Origin: a virus
Virus record (IMG/VR): IMGVR_UViG_3300046777_002716
Span: 1 to 64,000 of that record
Strand: one strand, 5' to 3'
DNA: 64,000 nucleotides
The notes under the pieces are model-generated. The model saw nothing but the letters and a program-made list of their open reading frames with translations. It made no database searches and was not told the origin of the DNA. Positions 63,472-64,000 of this stretch are shown here, piece after piece. Within the stretch, counting starts at the first letter, position 1, and each line of letters starts with the position of its first letter. Both the position numbers and the translations under genes were made by a program.

Positions 63472-64000
63472 TTAAAAGTTTCCGATTACTTCTTCAAAGT
63501 CAACACCAGTTTTGGTGGCAATGAAGTTTAGACCAATGAAGTTAATTGATCTTGCTGGTTTGATATAAATGTCAGCAACGAATTCGTTGTTGTCAATAAC
63601 TGCAGCAGTATTATTAGTTTCATCACAAATTACGACATAATCAAAAATACCTCTCTTTGCCTGTACATCACGTAGGAATGGTTCAATAGTATTTACAAAG
63701 TTTGTTCTTGTGATTTCATCATTAAATTCAAAGAGTTGATCTTTTGCTGCTTGTGAAATGGCATTCTCAAGATAAATGAACAGACGACGAACATTGATTC
63801 TGTCAAATGCAGATGCTTTACCAAGTCCAGTTCTGTCACCAAAGAGAATAATTCCTGCTCCAGGAGAGAAAATTACTGGATTAATTCTATTTGAGTACAG
63901 TTTATCTCTTTGTGCTTTAGTTGGATTGTATGGTAATTTAATTGCATTGAGGATCGCACCTCTTGATGTGCCCGCAGGTGAATACCAAGCAAAGTTGTTG
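63472..64000 (-). CDS. gp18: Tail sheath protein (T4 gp18), C-terminal part
   Basis: Not in the track; reads ...SAFDRINVRRLF...FEFNDEITR...CDETNNT...YIKPARSINFIGLNFIATKTGVDFEEVIGNF. Confidence 0.95.
   Translation of the reverse strand, partial: NNFAWYSPAGTSRGAILNAIKLPYNPTKAQRDKLYSNRINPVIFSPGAGIILFGDRTGLGKASAFDRINVRRLFIYLENAISQAAKDQLFEFNDEITRTNFVNTIEPFLRDVQAKRGIFDYVVICDETNNTAAVIDNNEFVADIYIKPARSINFIGLNFIATKTGVDFEEVIGNF

Overview
A 64-kb segment of a T4-like (Kyanoviridae-type) cyanomyovirus genome, probably a freshwater S-CRM01-like phage, with almost everything on the minus strand. Left to right: (i) a glycosyltransferase/FkbM cluster; (ii) small hypotheticals, dps and an SLH/porin-like gene; (iii) a tRNA region (4.36-11.96 kb) with 34 tRNAs covering all 20 amino acids, 2 aberrant tRNA-like RNAs, several structured spacer RNAs and rRNA-operon-like boxB/boxA leaders; (iv) a lysis/muralytic region; (v) acidic/low-complexity putative internal virion proteins; (vi) the T4 core: nrdB, nrdA, gp61, mazG, gp41, uvsX, gp43, hsp20, regA, gp62, gp44, gp45, cobS-like AAA, gp46, gp47, gp55, uvsW, uvsY, gp3, gp23, gp22, gp21, gp20, gp19 and part of gp18, with free-standing homing endonucleases inserted. 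The best candidate for an undescribed system is an unannotated 33-codon leader ORF (11733-11834) that samples 19 of the 20 amino acids. It overlaps a mutually exclusive antiterminator/terminator directly upstream of the tRNA array, so it looks like a pan-amino-acid attenuator that would switch on phage tRNA supply when any charged tRNA runs short. Other strong signals: an A_AAA_AAG plus hairpin -1 frameshift joining a C39-like protein to an otherwise start-less GH24 lysozyme; a duplicated bidirectional promoter cassette (candidate replication origins); and a small protein that copies the gp23 N-arm. All calls come from reading the sequence; no searches or folding programs were run.
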